Shown: one piece after another, positions 11,459 through 25,300 of the stretch | How the letters are laid out: every line of letters starts with the position of its first letter | Numbering within the stretch: the stretch's first letter is position 1 | Origin: Harriotta raleighana | Taxonomy: Eukaryota | Direction: 5' to 3' | Length of the DNA stretch: 64,000 nt | Assembly: GCA_050575255.1 (NCBI GenBank) | Contig: JBNZDD010013718.1 | Location: forward strand, 3,724,540 to 3,788,539 | The notes under the pieces: generated by a model | What the model saw: only the letters and a program-made list of their open reading frames with translations | The model's database searches: none | Told to the model about the DNA's origin: nothing | Made by a program: the position numbers and the translations under genes

Positions 11459-14429
11459 TAAATTCTGAATTTAAGGCATTAAATGATATAACACTGGAAT
11501 ACTGTTTTAAAGAGGTATTGGTTTTGTGCCTCATTTCACCATAGGCACATTGCTCTCTGCACTAAGAACAGTTTTCCAATAGTTTGGCTGTGCCTGTTAT
11601 TTTGGCGTCATTTTTGAATATGTTAGCTCATGAGGGAGTTCTGGAATGCTACCTTGCAAGAATTGCGTTATATAAATGCAAGTTGTTGTTTGTTGTAGTA
11701 GGGAACATAAATGAAACCTGGGGTCAATTTTTTTTATATGTGGACCTCACATACCTTTAGGCAAATGGTCTGAACCCCAACCTTTGTAAGTCTAAGACCA
11801 CCACCACTAATTCAGTCTTTATTTTATGAAACGGGTGTATTAATTATTGTCCTTAAGGAGAAGCCACATAAAGAATGTGTCACTCTTTGAGGACGTGGGG
11901 GAAAAAAGAAGCAGAAGCATCAAAAGTGATCTCTTCGCTTCTCTTGGCCTCAAAACCTCAAAGAAAGATCAGTAACAATCAGGCCTAGGGTCTCGTGTCC
12001 TTTCTAGCAATTAGGCTCAGCTGATGGTGTGAAAGGATGAATGGCAGGGTTCATGGCCTTCTCCAGGCTTCAGACAACAGACTTTCAAAGCAGCAGACAC
12101 TGCTCAAATCATTTCAAATGAAGGGTAGTAAGATTCATTATCCTCTATCCTTACAATTACATGAACACCTGATGTCTGTATATTCTCTGCCCTTCATCTT
12201 ACACCAGCTTAGATTAGTTAAGGATTTTTGCATTATACTTTTCTTGCAATTGCAATGAAAACAGAATTTTTATAAATGTAAACTCTTTTCATGGTGTGTT
12301 AAAAATGTTAGGTTTTTCCCCACCCACATTGGTAAATAAATTCCCCCCCCCCCCCAATTAAATTTAATGCAAAGTTCCAGGAATTCAAATGTATGCAAAT
12401 CCACTTGATGCAAATTATCTCCAACAAAATTCCTGATGTAAGCATACTTTGTTCTTGAGATTGACCTCTGTTCATTAACATTTAATGGTTCTTTGTAAAT
12501 TTACCAACAAACTTGTCATATTTTGCAGGACTTTCGATGGATTCTACTATGAATATGCTGTTCACTAAGTTGTTGCTTGAAATTTGCTGGACCTGCACTT
12601 GTGCTGAACTGCACCCTTGCCTACAACATACAAATTACTGTTCTGCTGGGATTTAGAGCTGCGTGCTTCTCTGCAACTGGTGCATTTTCCACTCCTGTTC
12701 TTGCTGTTCAGTAAATGGGAAGCTTCACTTTTAGTCTGTGGAGCCATCTTTTCATTTATCATCTTTGTATGAGTTGCCTGATTTAGAATGGAGCTGCTAG
12801 CCTTAGAACACATCACTGATATAACAATATAAACCATTAGACATTTACATGACAGAAAGAAATAGTAATGCAGCTTGTCTCAATGAATAGCACTGTTGCC
12901 ACTTGGCTATCTCTAAGATTGGGTAGATCAACTCCTACTTTTTCTTGTATTGACACTGTTGGTCTCTATCACCTGTGATCTCAGAATACCTTTCCTGGTT
13001 GCTGCAATCATTTGTGTGGTGACTGTGAATTAATATCATTTCTGAAGAAGAAAGCAAAAAAAAGGTCCAATACTACTTGGGTCAAATGATGGACATGTTC
13101 ACTCAGTTATCGTTTTACTGCCTCTCAACTGCATTTTATGTTACATTTCTCCTTATCAACTCTTTATTTGTATTTTTTTGCAATATTTGTTAAAAATATT
13201 CATCAGATGTGTAAAAATTCATAGTATATTGGTGTATAAAGACCAGAGTTCAATACTCTAAGAAGGGTACTGGGTAAAGTTCCCAATATACCAGCAATAA
13301 ACTTCATGTGTGAGGATAGACATGTTTGAATTTGCCAAAGAGTCTTAATAATAAGTCTAAGACCCAGAATTATTCACGGAAACTATGAATATTCCAAGAT
13401 ATGCATGGATGGAACCATGTGTGTAAAAAAAAGGCATTGTGGTTCCATATACATTATAATGAAAATCAATATTGTTTTCCAATGTGGATTTGACAGCTTT
13501 TTTTTATGGATGAAAACATCAACTCAAAGAAAGGTTTGTACTCTTATAAACTGTTTGTGCAACCAGGATTCTGACACATCTTTCATAATTACAACATATA
13601 CTAAATTCTGATATTTTTAGTGTATATTAATTAATTAAATTCTAAGAAAAGCTATGAGACTTTATCATATCCAAAATCAACGTGAATCAAGGTGAATGAA
13701 CCACAGATTACAATCCAGTGCCTGCTCCTTATATTACCCCACACCCAAACTTACATTGTCCCCTTCGTGTTGCTACCACTATTTCTTGACAACATATTAA
13801 CTCCCTCCCAGGTCCATAATTGACTCCAATCAGCCATTATCACGGAAGTGTAAGAGGTAAAGTGATGGTAATGGGTTCCAAATCAAATCACTGTAGGTTT
13901 AGTAGAGTCTGCCAAAGAAGAAAAGGCCCTGGGGAGTATCATTGCAAAGAAACACCTGCAGACTGGAGCCCAGACTCAGAGAAATAGAACACGACAGGCT
14001 GGGCAGCTTTGGCATTTCCTCAGTCTACATTCAGCTGGTCACATCAAATGTAATAACTGCAGGCAGGATCTGATTATCTTATGCCCAGGGCTTTCACTAA
14101 GGTTCAGGATAAATCGGTTTCAAATTGTCCAAGATTCCTGTAGGTTTCTTGGGATTACCATAGTTTCATATCTATCAGCTGCTTTTGTATTTTTTTTAAA
14201 AAAAGGTCTGCTCATCACAACAGGAATATTACTTTAATAAGAACCATAGTGACAATAAAACTAAAAGAGCATAATGCTCCATTTAAGAATCGATTGTTAT
14301 TGGCTACTGAATGCACCTTAAGCAATTGAGCAAAGTTAAAATGTGATCCTGTTGGCATATACATGGTGGAGAGAATATGTAATGTGATAGACCCAATGAT
14401 ATTATTAAACACCGCATTTTTATTCCAAT

Positions 14430-14577
14430 AATACAAACATCTTCAATCAGATTATCTTCTCTTCCCTCCAACTCTCCTGATCCAAGCTCCCTGCTCGGGT
14501 TCAAATCCCTGATTGTCCAGCGCCTTGGCGTGTCTTCTCAATGTGAAAGGCACTATAAAAAATGTAATTTGTTGTTG
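14430..14577 (+). mobile_element. L2 LINE 3' end
   Basis: Pyrimidine-rich UTR, then agcgccttggcgtgtcttctcaatgtgaaaggcactataaaaaatgtaatttgttgttg. Similar tails at 7300-7372, 30367-30420, 35685-35740, 42858-42900, 54998-55055. Confidence 0.65.
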
Positions 14578-14875
14578 GAGATTTTAAATTTACTCTCATC
14601 CTTATTGAAACCTTTATGAGTTATCATTGTGAAACATTTTTGTGATGCCTTTACTATATCTTGAACACCCATGTTGTCAATACGTATGGCACATTTTCCA
14701 CTAAATTATATTGTCAATAGTTTTCTTTTTACTGACTAACTACAGTACCATAATAAACAATCAGTTTACCTGGAGGATTGATCGAGATATATTTTCACAT
14801 GATTTTGTAAATTGAACAATGCAAATTAATTTGATGTTTTGCTCACCGGTGCTGTACATTGCACTTACAATATAG

Positions 14876-14990
14876 AATAATAATAATAATTTTTATATTT
14901 GATATAGTGGATTTTTGGATTATTGAAACAGCTCAAAGTATTCACAGATTATATTGCAAAGTAAATTGACTATATTTTGAGGGAAAACTG
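14876..14990 (-). mobile_element. SINE tail fragment
   Basis: (aat)n..atttgatatagtgg..ctcaaagtattcacagattatattgcaaagtaaattgactatattt. Confidence 0.7.
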
Positions 14991-15824
14991 TATTGTTTGA
15001 TATCTGGCTTCCTCTTTGATCGTGCTTTTGGGCAGCCTCCCACCCCCATAAGCCCCAACTGCTCTTGATTCGAACCCCCAACTTGAATGCAAAATGTTAA
15101 CTAACTCGTGCTTTGGGGCATCATCCTGACACGAAAGACACTATATGAATACAATTTGTTGTCGCTACTAGCTGAGTAACTAGTGCATGAGTTATACAAG
15201 CAAAATGGTCCAACATCCACTGTTTGTTCGGTTGAAGCACATTCAAAGAGTTTTGAATACAATAATGTTAGTATTTCTTGATATCCCATTAATTCATTAG
15301 CTTTGCTCTACATGGGCTCTACACAGCTGTGGCGCAGTAAATCCAGAAACTCTTCAAAAAATGCAATAACTGTTATTTGATGATGCATGGCACAAAATCC
15401 TAGCTAAATAATCATGTTTGACATGACTTTTTTCTGAAAACATGACTTTTCTATACAGACCCAGCTCACCACATAAATCATTAAAATGTATTCATGTCTG
15501 CCGAATTTGTCTCATGATACCATCTGCCTACTGAAATGCTACCACCTCAGATGAACAAATGGGTGACACAGTATTGGTTTATCTCTTGTTATACATCATA
15601 TTTTTAGAATCTAGGTTATGGACACTTGAAGATTGATAGAACTGAGATTTTGTTTGGATATTTATATCTGTGATCAGAATTATTTGCTATTCATGCTATT
15701 GAAGATGCTGATTATATAACTATATAATAAATAATCCAAAATGGGGTTTTAGCATGCCATGGCGAACTATGATTATTATCTCAAAACGTGATTTATCAGT
15801 TTAGAAATAATGTGCTGCCCACAA

Positions 15825-16010
15825 TACCCCCAAATAAAATTGGTCATTCACTTCCTGGCTATTTGTGTCAAATTCCTTTGTGCAAATTTGCTGTCAAAAA
15901 TACAGTTGCCTACAAAAATACAGTCACTGCATAATAAATCCTGGAAAGGACATTGAGATGTCCTCCTGATGTGAATGATTCTATATCACAGGCAAGTATT
16001 ATTATTAATA
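15825..16010 (+). mobile_element. SINE 3' half
   Basis: aaattggtcattcacttcctggctatttgtg..gtgcaaatttgctg..ctatatcacaggcaagtattattatt. Confidence 0.75.
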
Positions 16011-18119
16011 TATTTATTGAATAAATATTTGATTTTAAATGCTTTTAGGGGAAGCTCAGTTTTTCCTCCCCTAATATTCGGAAGCGCAGAGAGGAAGCAG
16101 TAAATATTTAATTGCTGCTTTCTTTGTAGTAAAAAGCATAGATCGACTCAGTACAAATGCTAGGAAAATATCAACATGGACTCAGCTGGTAGTGGGTCAG
16201 TGAATCATCACTGGTTTGGATTGGTATATCAGAATGAATAAGGATGCCAATGTCTGAGTCTTCAAACCAGCTGCTCATTGACTCTGACATGAGCTAAGTG
16301 TGAATCAGGGCCACCATACAAAGCAAAATGTCAGATCTCTGCAGTGGGGAAGGGGAAGTGTTGGGAAGAAATGGAACATTTCTCTGAGCCGGTTGCAATT
16401 TATTCCAATCTTTATTATGAGCTGATAAAAAAAAAATTGTTTAACTACAACTGCATTAGCCTTCAATCATTTTTCTGGGTGTGTTTCACTAATTTGCTGT
16501 TTGTTAGTGAGGAATCTGCTCTGAGCAACAATTTGATCAGTCGTGAAAGGAGATATTTCAGAGGTAGGGGACCTTTTAGAAAAAGACAGGATTCCAAACG
16601 TTATTCAGAAAGTAAATCTAGAACAATACTTTCAGAATAACAACAACAATGCACACTTTGGATTGCAGTTGTACTGAGTCAATCTATGCTTGGCAAAAGA
16701 AATCCCAGGTTGCTGGGAAGCTCTGAGACAGCAGAGCAAGAAGAGCACAGATTTACAGTTACTAGGGTAAGTTCAGTACAAAAACAGGAACTATTTATTT
16801 ATCTAAAGCAACTGTTATCAAACATTTTTGTGCTGTCCATACTTAGTTGCCCCTCCGCCCCCAACATCAGTAAAATGCCAGTGAAATGCCGGTAATCAGT
16901 AAAAAAAAAATCTTAGTAACCTATTCATATTGGGTGCACCCCAATTTGAAACTGACCAGGAAGATAATTATTGATGGGGAAGAGTTTATGCAGTAGGATA
17001 GGTAAGACCAGGGCATTGGAGCAATTTAGAAGCAGTTTGAAATCAATTGAACCTTTAGATTGCATTTTTTTTCAGTGCTGATAATACAGTATAATCCTTC
17101 TTGGATACATTTGTTTTCATTGACATTTAATTCAAAGCTTTCGATTTAAAATTTCTTTAAATCTGAAGGTCGGATCGGAATTCTCCATTGACTTTATTTA
17201 ATGCAAGCTGAGGCATGTGAGGAGATGTATCCATGCTCCCTGGAGATGTACTGGTTTTCGGGAGCCGAATTCAGTTCAAACAATGAAGTTCATGAACACC
17301 TGAAATTGGGTCAATTCCGAAATATTCAAACACAATATCTGAGCTCTTGCTTTATCTGGCGTATAAATTCATCTGGATTTTTTTTTCAATCACAGTTTAC
17401 TGAAATAAATTCTAGTCTCACTTCCGTGCACAGAGAGTGTTATGTTTGAATATCCAGCAAATTAATGCACATTATAACTATGGGGTAAAACTTGCAATAA
17501 TTTCTTAACTCAATGCATTAATTAACACAAGAAATAAAGTTAGACACTAGCTCAAATGTTTCTCCTATGTGTTCTGAGAATGTTCCTCATCAATTGTTAG
17601 ATGCTAACCATAAGTTTCCCATGAAAAGATTTGCGTTGCAGTGCTGTGTAATCACACCTTTGTTATCCAAACCATCAGATCAACAGAGTTTACAAAGCAA
17701 TGAAATATATGCAATTGTGGAAGATTATGTATTTCTCAAGACCACAAGAGAGATTTGGATAAAGAAGGCCCTCTGGTCCATTTGATCGTATTCTTCAAGA
17801 ATACAATGCTACCATCTTGTCATCACCTCATCAAGGAGTTTATGAGAAGACAGTCATCTGGGACAGAAGACTGTCCCAGTCTCTACCACCCTTCCTGTTA
17901 ACTTGTTTTGGCTGTTAATTATCCTCTGAATATATACAGAATATACTGTGAAGTGAATTCACTGATATATTTTGTGGACGAAACCTAGCAGCCAATTATA
18001 TTTCCACAGCAAACAACAAAAATAAACAATCACTTATCGGAAGCTCCTTTTCACTTTTTTTAAATGAAAGTCTTTGTTTCAGGGTATATAAAAGATCATT
18101 TACATTCCCATTTGTCAAC

Positions 18120-19320
18120 TTCCACTACAAATTCCAAAGGTCACGTTACAACTAGTCATTAGGATCCAAGGCTTGGTTCATTTGCTGACTTGCAGCAGAC
18201 TCAAAGTCAAACTGATACAATATCTAGGAAGTAAAGACAAGACATAGATGGATCCCTCTGAATGGGAGCACAATCCATCCACCATGATCCATAAGTCTTA
18301 ACTTTACAGATCAGTTTGTTACAGTGGAGAGCATAATACAAGAACAAGCTTCTCTTACACGAGCTGACATTTTGGGCCTTATCACTCTTCGATTCTCCAT
18401 TGGTTTTGGACACAAAAACTATTGTGATCCAGAAGTATTAAGGAAGAAGGATGCCCTCATCCTCGTACCTTAAACGAAGCCAGTCATCCTATGCTCACAA
18501 ATTTATTCTTGCTTTTGGAGATTCAGTCTGTGGCTCTCCCAGACACGGAAGATTTATAATCCCAGATTTGAGGAAGATTGTACCATCCAGGACCATCCAT
18601 TTTATAACTGACAGCGAGTTATTGATTGGAAGAGGCTTAAGTGCTCATGAATTAAAGGAGTGGGAAATGGAGATGATTTTGCAACCAGAAAACCTACCAC
18701 AGAAACCCCGCCTAACCGTAATTGGAAGAGATTCTCTTCTTACTGCCATGAGAAGAGGAAGCAGAATCCCAAAACTATTCTAGTCTAACAGTTTCCAAGT
18801 ATCTCTGAGATCTTTAATCAATAACAAACCAATACCTATGACATAGTGACTTTGATGTCAAATGTCTCAAAGCATTGCTCACGGATTTGCTGTAATGTTA
18901 AGTGATTGAATAATAGCTCGGAACAGCTTGCTGACACTGTGTAGACTCTAGCCATAGAAAAGTAGGAGAGAACAGTGGGGGACAAAAAATATGTTTTCTT
19001 CTCCATGAATGACCACCATCGAATGGAAGATAGAACCGACATGGTCATTTATGTTTAAATTAAGGACTCAATCTTTAGCCGGTGTAGCTTTGAGTTCACA
19101 ACAAGCCTTGGGTTCTTTGTAACACCTCTGTCCCACCTTTGAAAATCCTGTACTTTTAACCATTCCAAAATAAGTTCATATAATGGAAAACACCAATCTT
19201 TGCTTTTCAATTTACTGAGCTGGGACTATGGAAATTTACTTGGTGTTTGAATAAAACAACACTAATTCAACTGGCAGAACCAAAGATCTGCTACTATGGT
19301 GTTCAGGTATGGCTTGCTTG
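18120..19320 (+). mobile_element. Decayed DIRS-type retrotransposon fragment (end of RNase H, MT-like region, start of tyrosine recombinase)
   Basis: Multi-frame translation in DIRS order: RIQGLVH/ADL, DPSEW (18251), DQFVT, VLRKKDALILVP, LPDTEDL*SQI*GRLYHPGPSIL*LTA (18536-18616; cf. LP..DLLSQ..GRL.HP....L.LTAW), LLIGRGLS, ATRKPT..NWKRFSSYC (18681-18746; cf. SRKPST...KWKRFS.WC), SHRKVGE (cf. SARRVSE). Many stops and frameshifts. Confidence 0.7.
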
Positions 19321-22300
19321 AAAAGATAGGCAAGATAGATTGGTTGAAATATTACTTCAGCATCCTTTACTGTCTATAAATAAAGGTATTTTTTCATATT
19401 ATTGAAACACAATAATGACTTACAATAATGACATTAGTATTTCTATTGTTAATGTACTAACCCTGATAATCTATGACCTTTTTTATATGGTACAATTTAC
19501 CTATACTGCTGAATGTGAAAGCAATTTGGTAGTCACTGGATAATTGTTAACCTGCTAATTATTAATTTTTTTTTCTCCTCTACGGTGGCATTAGCACTAT
19601 TTCACAGTCACCACTTATCGTAAAATCCTAGAGGATTAATGGATTCACTTATGCCGACTAAAGTCTTTAAATTGCCTCGATTATCTGTGCAGAATGAAAG
19701 AATAATGGTTATTTGTCATTGCATTTAGGAGCAGGATAGATTGTCCACACAAAACAGATTAACCCTCTGAGGGCTGCATTGGATATTTCAGTATATGTTC
19801 TGCTGTAAATATTAGCAATGGGTTTAGTCTTTGGCTACGTTATAGCTGGTAACAAGATATGGATGTTGTTTTTTTCCAAAGAAAGTAGATTCATTTTTCT
19901 ATTAGAATCCGATTTTTGTTCTCTCTTATCGCTGTTGTAAATTTTTTACTATTAAATATAATCTGTTATTTCACTGAAATCACTCACTGTTCAGTGGCAT
20001 ACTGTCAGCAGGATTCGCAATTTGGCAGCTAAATTTGTTTTATTAAGTAGGCAATGACATTAAGTGCTAGAATCAGAACAAATGTAGGGAATAAAATGAC
20101 CGTCAAAGGAAATACAATTGTAAAGTAATTAAAGAAAACATAAAGAGAAAGAAATGCTCTATTCAGAGGCAAATAGATCAGAAATGGAAGTTTGCGGTAA
20201 TGCAGGTGAGAAGGGATTAAAGCATTAAATTAGAGGTCAGAACTATTCACACACTAATAAATTCATGGGCTTGTTGAAAGTGCATTGTCTCTGGGGTTTT
20301 GGTTATGGAGCACAATAACCCCTGACTGTAGCTCTTGCTTTATCTGTAGCTTTTTTCAACAGTGCGTAATTTGAAGAGTAGAAGTGGTGATCAGGTAGAT
20401 AGAAATATAGTACAATAGAAAAAGACCATAATAGAGACATTGTTCACTATGACACGATGTAAGAAGAAGTTGAAATGAAGGATTCCAGCCTCCACTTTGA
20501 AGAGTTAAATTGCAAACCATTAGCAAACTAAAACTGAAAGGTGAATGTTCCAGCATCTACCATTCCACCTTGTAACCGAAGAAAGGACTGACACCAGTAA
20601 TAAATTGATAGAATCAAAAGTCCACACAATGAAATAAAAGGGAAATGAAAGGGGGCAATCAAGAGGATTAAGTGAAAGCAAGTACAGTATGTGATTAATT
20701 GACCAGGACTGAAACTCCTCCCAACCTGGTGAAAATGGGTATTAACTAAGGGTGGGCAAATCATCTCAATTTGCATTTGGAGAGCTTCAAATCTGGCTGC
20801 TCTGAATATGAATTTAAAAGGGTCTTCATTATAATGTGTTGTTGTCACAAGTAGAACCCTCAGTATGTCAACAGGGATCAGATGCATTCTCCCTTCCTAG
20901 ACCAGCAGAGATTTCAGTACTTGGCCACTGAACTATCATATTAAACCAGACTCAATCACTGAGCCACAAGAAAAAAAAGGACACTAACCAATTAACTACT
21001 ACTCTACTTGCAAAATACTCTACAGCAGTACTGATTATTATGCATAAGCACTGATCTTTTCCATAACTGACAACAGAAAATAGCATTGCTCATATGACTT
21101 TAGCCTATGAGTAGAAATAAACAAATCAATACTCTGCTGTTGTCGCTTGAAAATTCTATAACAATGGATTGTGTCAAATAAATGAATGTACATTTATTCA
21201 ATTATTTCTGCATCATTTTTCAAAGCTACTGTTTATGGCTCTTTTAACTCCTCCTTTAAGATAGCTGAGAGTTCACCTATTACTTATACCTAGCCTTGCA
21301 ATTTAGGATTGCATAGAATTATAGAAAATATTAAAATCAACTTTAATTTGGAAGTAAGTTGTCTTGTACAAGAAACCCGACTGAATAAAGGTTGGATTTA
21401 AGCATTTTCCTCAGTTCTGGAAAACAAAAATGATTTTACAGGCTGATACTGGGTGGTAATTCTGACCTTGAATGCAACATTATGTGAATAAAAGTGAAAG
21501 CAGGAGATTGCCCACAGGCTTCTTCTGTCAGTGAGACCTATCAGACAGATACCAGAAGTTGCACAAGTATTGCCTGAGTTGATTTGTCTCCATGGTTCCT
21601 CTTATCATGTGGAGAAACATCTGGCGACTGCTCTGTATCTTCACCCAATTGACATGGTTGCTGCTGGTAAGCCATTGCAGGAGGGAACCATAGGTGCAAA
21701 CCTAGGTCCCCCCATTTCCTTAGGATGAAAAGGAGCAACAGTCATGGTGAGGTTTCTCCAAAGTATTTTATTTATGTGGGAAAATAAAACAACATTTATT
21801 GGACCAATAGGCAGGGGTATGCATAATTTATTTACTACCTCACTCAGCACATTTCATTTCATCTATAAATTAGATATTTACAGGTAATCATGGCCAAGGT
21901 ATAGTCATGCGTACATAATCTATACAATCAAGGTTCCAACAGCACTGCATGGAAAAGTGATGACTATATGGCATTAGGTTACCAAATATCACACAGAGCA
22001 TCTATAAACAATGGTGGTGTTCATTGAGTTTGGCTCTGAATTATATTTTATTGAATCCTGAAACCACTCACTGTCACAATACTCTCATCTTATGTGTGTG
22101 TCTGTAACTGAAACTGAGAACACCCACAGTATATCACTTATGTGTATAAAACCCATTGAAATGCTAAGGCATCATAAAAATACACTTGGTATTGACTTGG
22201 TGGTCATTCTGTCCTGAATATATTTTTTTAAAGAAATACAATTTGTAGCATCAAAATACTTTATGATAGCTTCCTAAGTTGAGGCACTTTTGCACACTAT

Positions 22301-25300
22301 TAACCCTACAACTCAAAACCCTAATGGGTGGGATGGTCCGAGCTGAACAAGCAGTGGAAAGCTTTCCAGACTGTACCTCAATTCAGAGCTATGCGATTTT
22401 AGATGGCTAAACAGCAGCAATACCCCAACATACACTATACTCCATAAATGGTATAACATGTGGAGGTCGCAGTCTGGTTTGGATTCTCTTTAGCATGGGT
22501 GATGAAGTTCTACATGTGTCAGACACCCAGCTAACCAAATAAATTATTGGAAACAATGGATACTGTCTTGTGTGTTTAGACTGCCAACAATGTTTAAGGA
22601 AGCCAAGAGCATTAGCCTAAGGTCTGACCTTTAGACCAACTTGTTAATAGAACAATCATGTGATGGGTACCTGTAAATATCTATTTTTATAGATGACCTA
22701 AAATGTGCCAAGTGATATTTAAACCAGTTTACTTGCACTTCAAAAGTTAATTTCTAATCAGTCGTGTATATGTAATCTGTGCTCCACAAATCAAAGGTGT
22801 CAGGAGCCAAAGATCACTTCACAATTTACCAGTACTGGGAGCTACTAAGGTTACAGCTAAGAAACTGTAACCTTGATTGTACTGGGAAGAGAAAGCCCAT
22901 ACCATAATCAATATAAACAGGATTGAAAATTAGCTGTTGTGAAGGGGATATAAAGTATGTAGGTAGAATGTAGAGAAAGTAGAAAAAATGTCTTTATCTA
23001 TTTGCTAAAGTATCTTCCAGGTAATTAACAAAATCACATGAAGAATTTTGTCCCTGCACAGGTTACATTTTTTTCAGCTCTCCAAAGAAAACTGTGTAAC
23101 GTGTTCATATCTGCGAATTGTGAGCTTACTGGATTTTAACACAATGTCAGTGATGGAACATTACTTGATGCAGTCACCTTTGATGTTAACATTGATTCCT
23201 GTGTATGGATATCAGAGGGAAAAACACTATCACAGTGCAATTCAGATAATTCTGAGAACTGTATAAATAATATGTAACAAAATAATCTTACCTCTTATAT
23301 ATTCACCTTGTTTCAACAGGACTGATTTCAGAAGAGTCACTTTGTGACTGAAATGCTTAGAACTAATAAGTTAAGCTGGAAGTTGCAGAACTGTTTTCCA
23401 AATCAAATGGTTTTCCAATCCCTGCAGTCTATTTGATACTTCCATTCATAATTAGGGGCTTTGAATGCTTTAGGAATAACTGGGCAGAATGAGCTGCCTT
23501 GGGTTAATTGTTCCCTAAACTTGTCAGTATAATTCACAGAGGGCAGCTAGGAAAACACAGGAAAACATGGATAGCTATTAAGCCCATCAAGTCTATTCTA
23601 TCTATATCTATCTATATTAATTAAATCATTAATAAACAACAGGCAATTTTATTAATGTTTAATATTCTTTTCTTTAATATTTCTAGACCTGACAGTTTAA
23701 GTCAGCAATGATGGTTCATTAAAGAAATCAAAATAAGAAAGGAATTTGTGCACAATTGACATCTCTTTTATTACATTCCATTGGGTCAGTGTCCTTCAAC
23801 GTGTTTGAAAGTGTTTTGTTTTCACAATATCTATTAAATCTATTATATCTATTAAATACAATAATCGGATTGTATAACTAACAGGTATAGTTTTAAAATT
23901 ATTATTTTTTCTACATTTTAAGTATTATGGGGTCCAATGAGGTACTATGAAATATCAATTGTTTATTAAAAAAAATCATGTTTCAGTTCTGCATTCACAG
24001 GAGCTGACTTCATTTCATGCTTCCAGTTTAAATGGTGAGTTTAGCCTCACATTTTTTGCCACCTGTGTACAACAACCCTGCATGCAATTAGTCTCATGAG
24101 ATAAGCACCCTAAAAACTATATATGTATATGTAAAAAATTGTCTTTTTCTCCTACTGCATGTGATTGATCTGAAAACTGAGTGAAGTTGGAACTGCCTCT
24201 TTATCCATGTTTGCCCGTGTTTTTAAAAAAAAAATCAGAACTTTCATTCAACCAAAACAAGTCTATCTAAGGGGTGGGAGCTTTCCTTCTTTTGTAGGGC
24301 AACTCAATTATTGTACTTTTCTAGCTCCGTTACAGCCTGATCCTCCTTTTGTATTATTCTCTTAAATGAAGGACATTCAATGTCTTATTCCAGGTCGATT
24401 GTCTGGAAACCTCACATATAGCTCTATCTTTCCTGTCTCTGCTGATGGCAATAGACCACTTAGCGGAAAAGAGTGCATTACTGTGTTAAAGGCCATAGAT
24501 CAGGGGTGACCATATTTCTCATTAAGAGTAGGATCCAAAGTATATACATAGCCAGTCTAAAATCAATATTTGTTGTGCTCACGTGATCAGAAGTGGTGAA
24601 GAAAATTCTGTAATTGGACTCTTATGTCAAACAACTGATGCCTTAAATAGATCTCTTCTATTTGACATTTGTTTGTTTGATCTTGTACAAGCTGCATTAG
24701 AGTTATGTTATTTCATTGCCATTTAATGTCAAAGATAACAGGTCACATGTGAATATTCATATCTGAGACCAAGGTTACTCGAAGTTTAGGACAGTGGGTA
24801 TGTAACTGTGTTGCTCACTGCTACACTGTTGACTGGTACTTATTTTAAAGCGTGTAAACCAAAGCCTTTGAACAAATTATCTCTAAGTACTGTCGCTGAA
24901 TTAAAAAACGGTTTCTAAATGTGACAAATTATACAAACAAGAAATAAGGTATGGATATATTACTAAAATGTTAAACATGTTTGCTTTCTATCCATCAGCC
25001 CAAATGTTTTGTATAAGAATTTATCATTTTACAATCTCTCAAACACACAATATTTCTTGCCACGAGGAATAGCATTAACTGCCTGTCTTTCTATGTAATA
25101 GTGAGCATATATCAGTCTGAGATAGTTCTAATTAATTTTTAATGTTAATTGTAAAATAATTCCCAAGAATCTGTGCACCTTTTGAAACGTAAATTGAGTC
25201 TTCTTATCAAGTCCAATGTTTTCAAAGACTTGCATCAAAGAAAATAGCCACTGAATGAAAAGTTACCACATGTGATAATTGGCCACAGGCTTTGTTGAAG

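Noticed and set aside
12530-12570. Possible terminal exon (ttttgcag|G TFDGFYYEYAVH*)
   Set aside because: No recognisable protein or supported upstream exon.
18451-18783. 110-aa ORF as a gene or endogenous virus (RVIDWK recalls hepadnaviral Pol; HFITDS recalls RNase H)
   Set aside because: Flanking residues do not fit those proteins; collinear DIRS motifs in other frames explain the region better.
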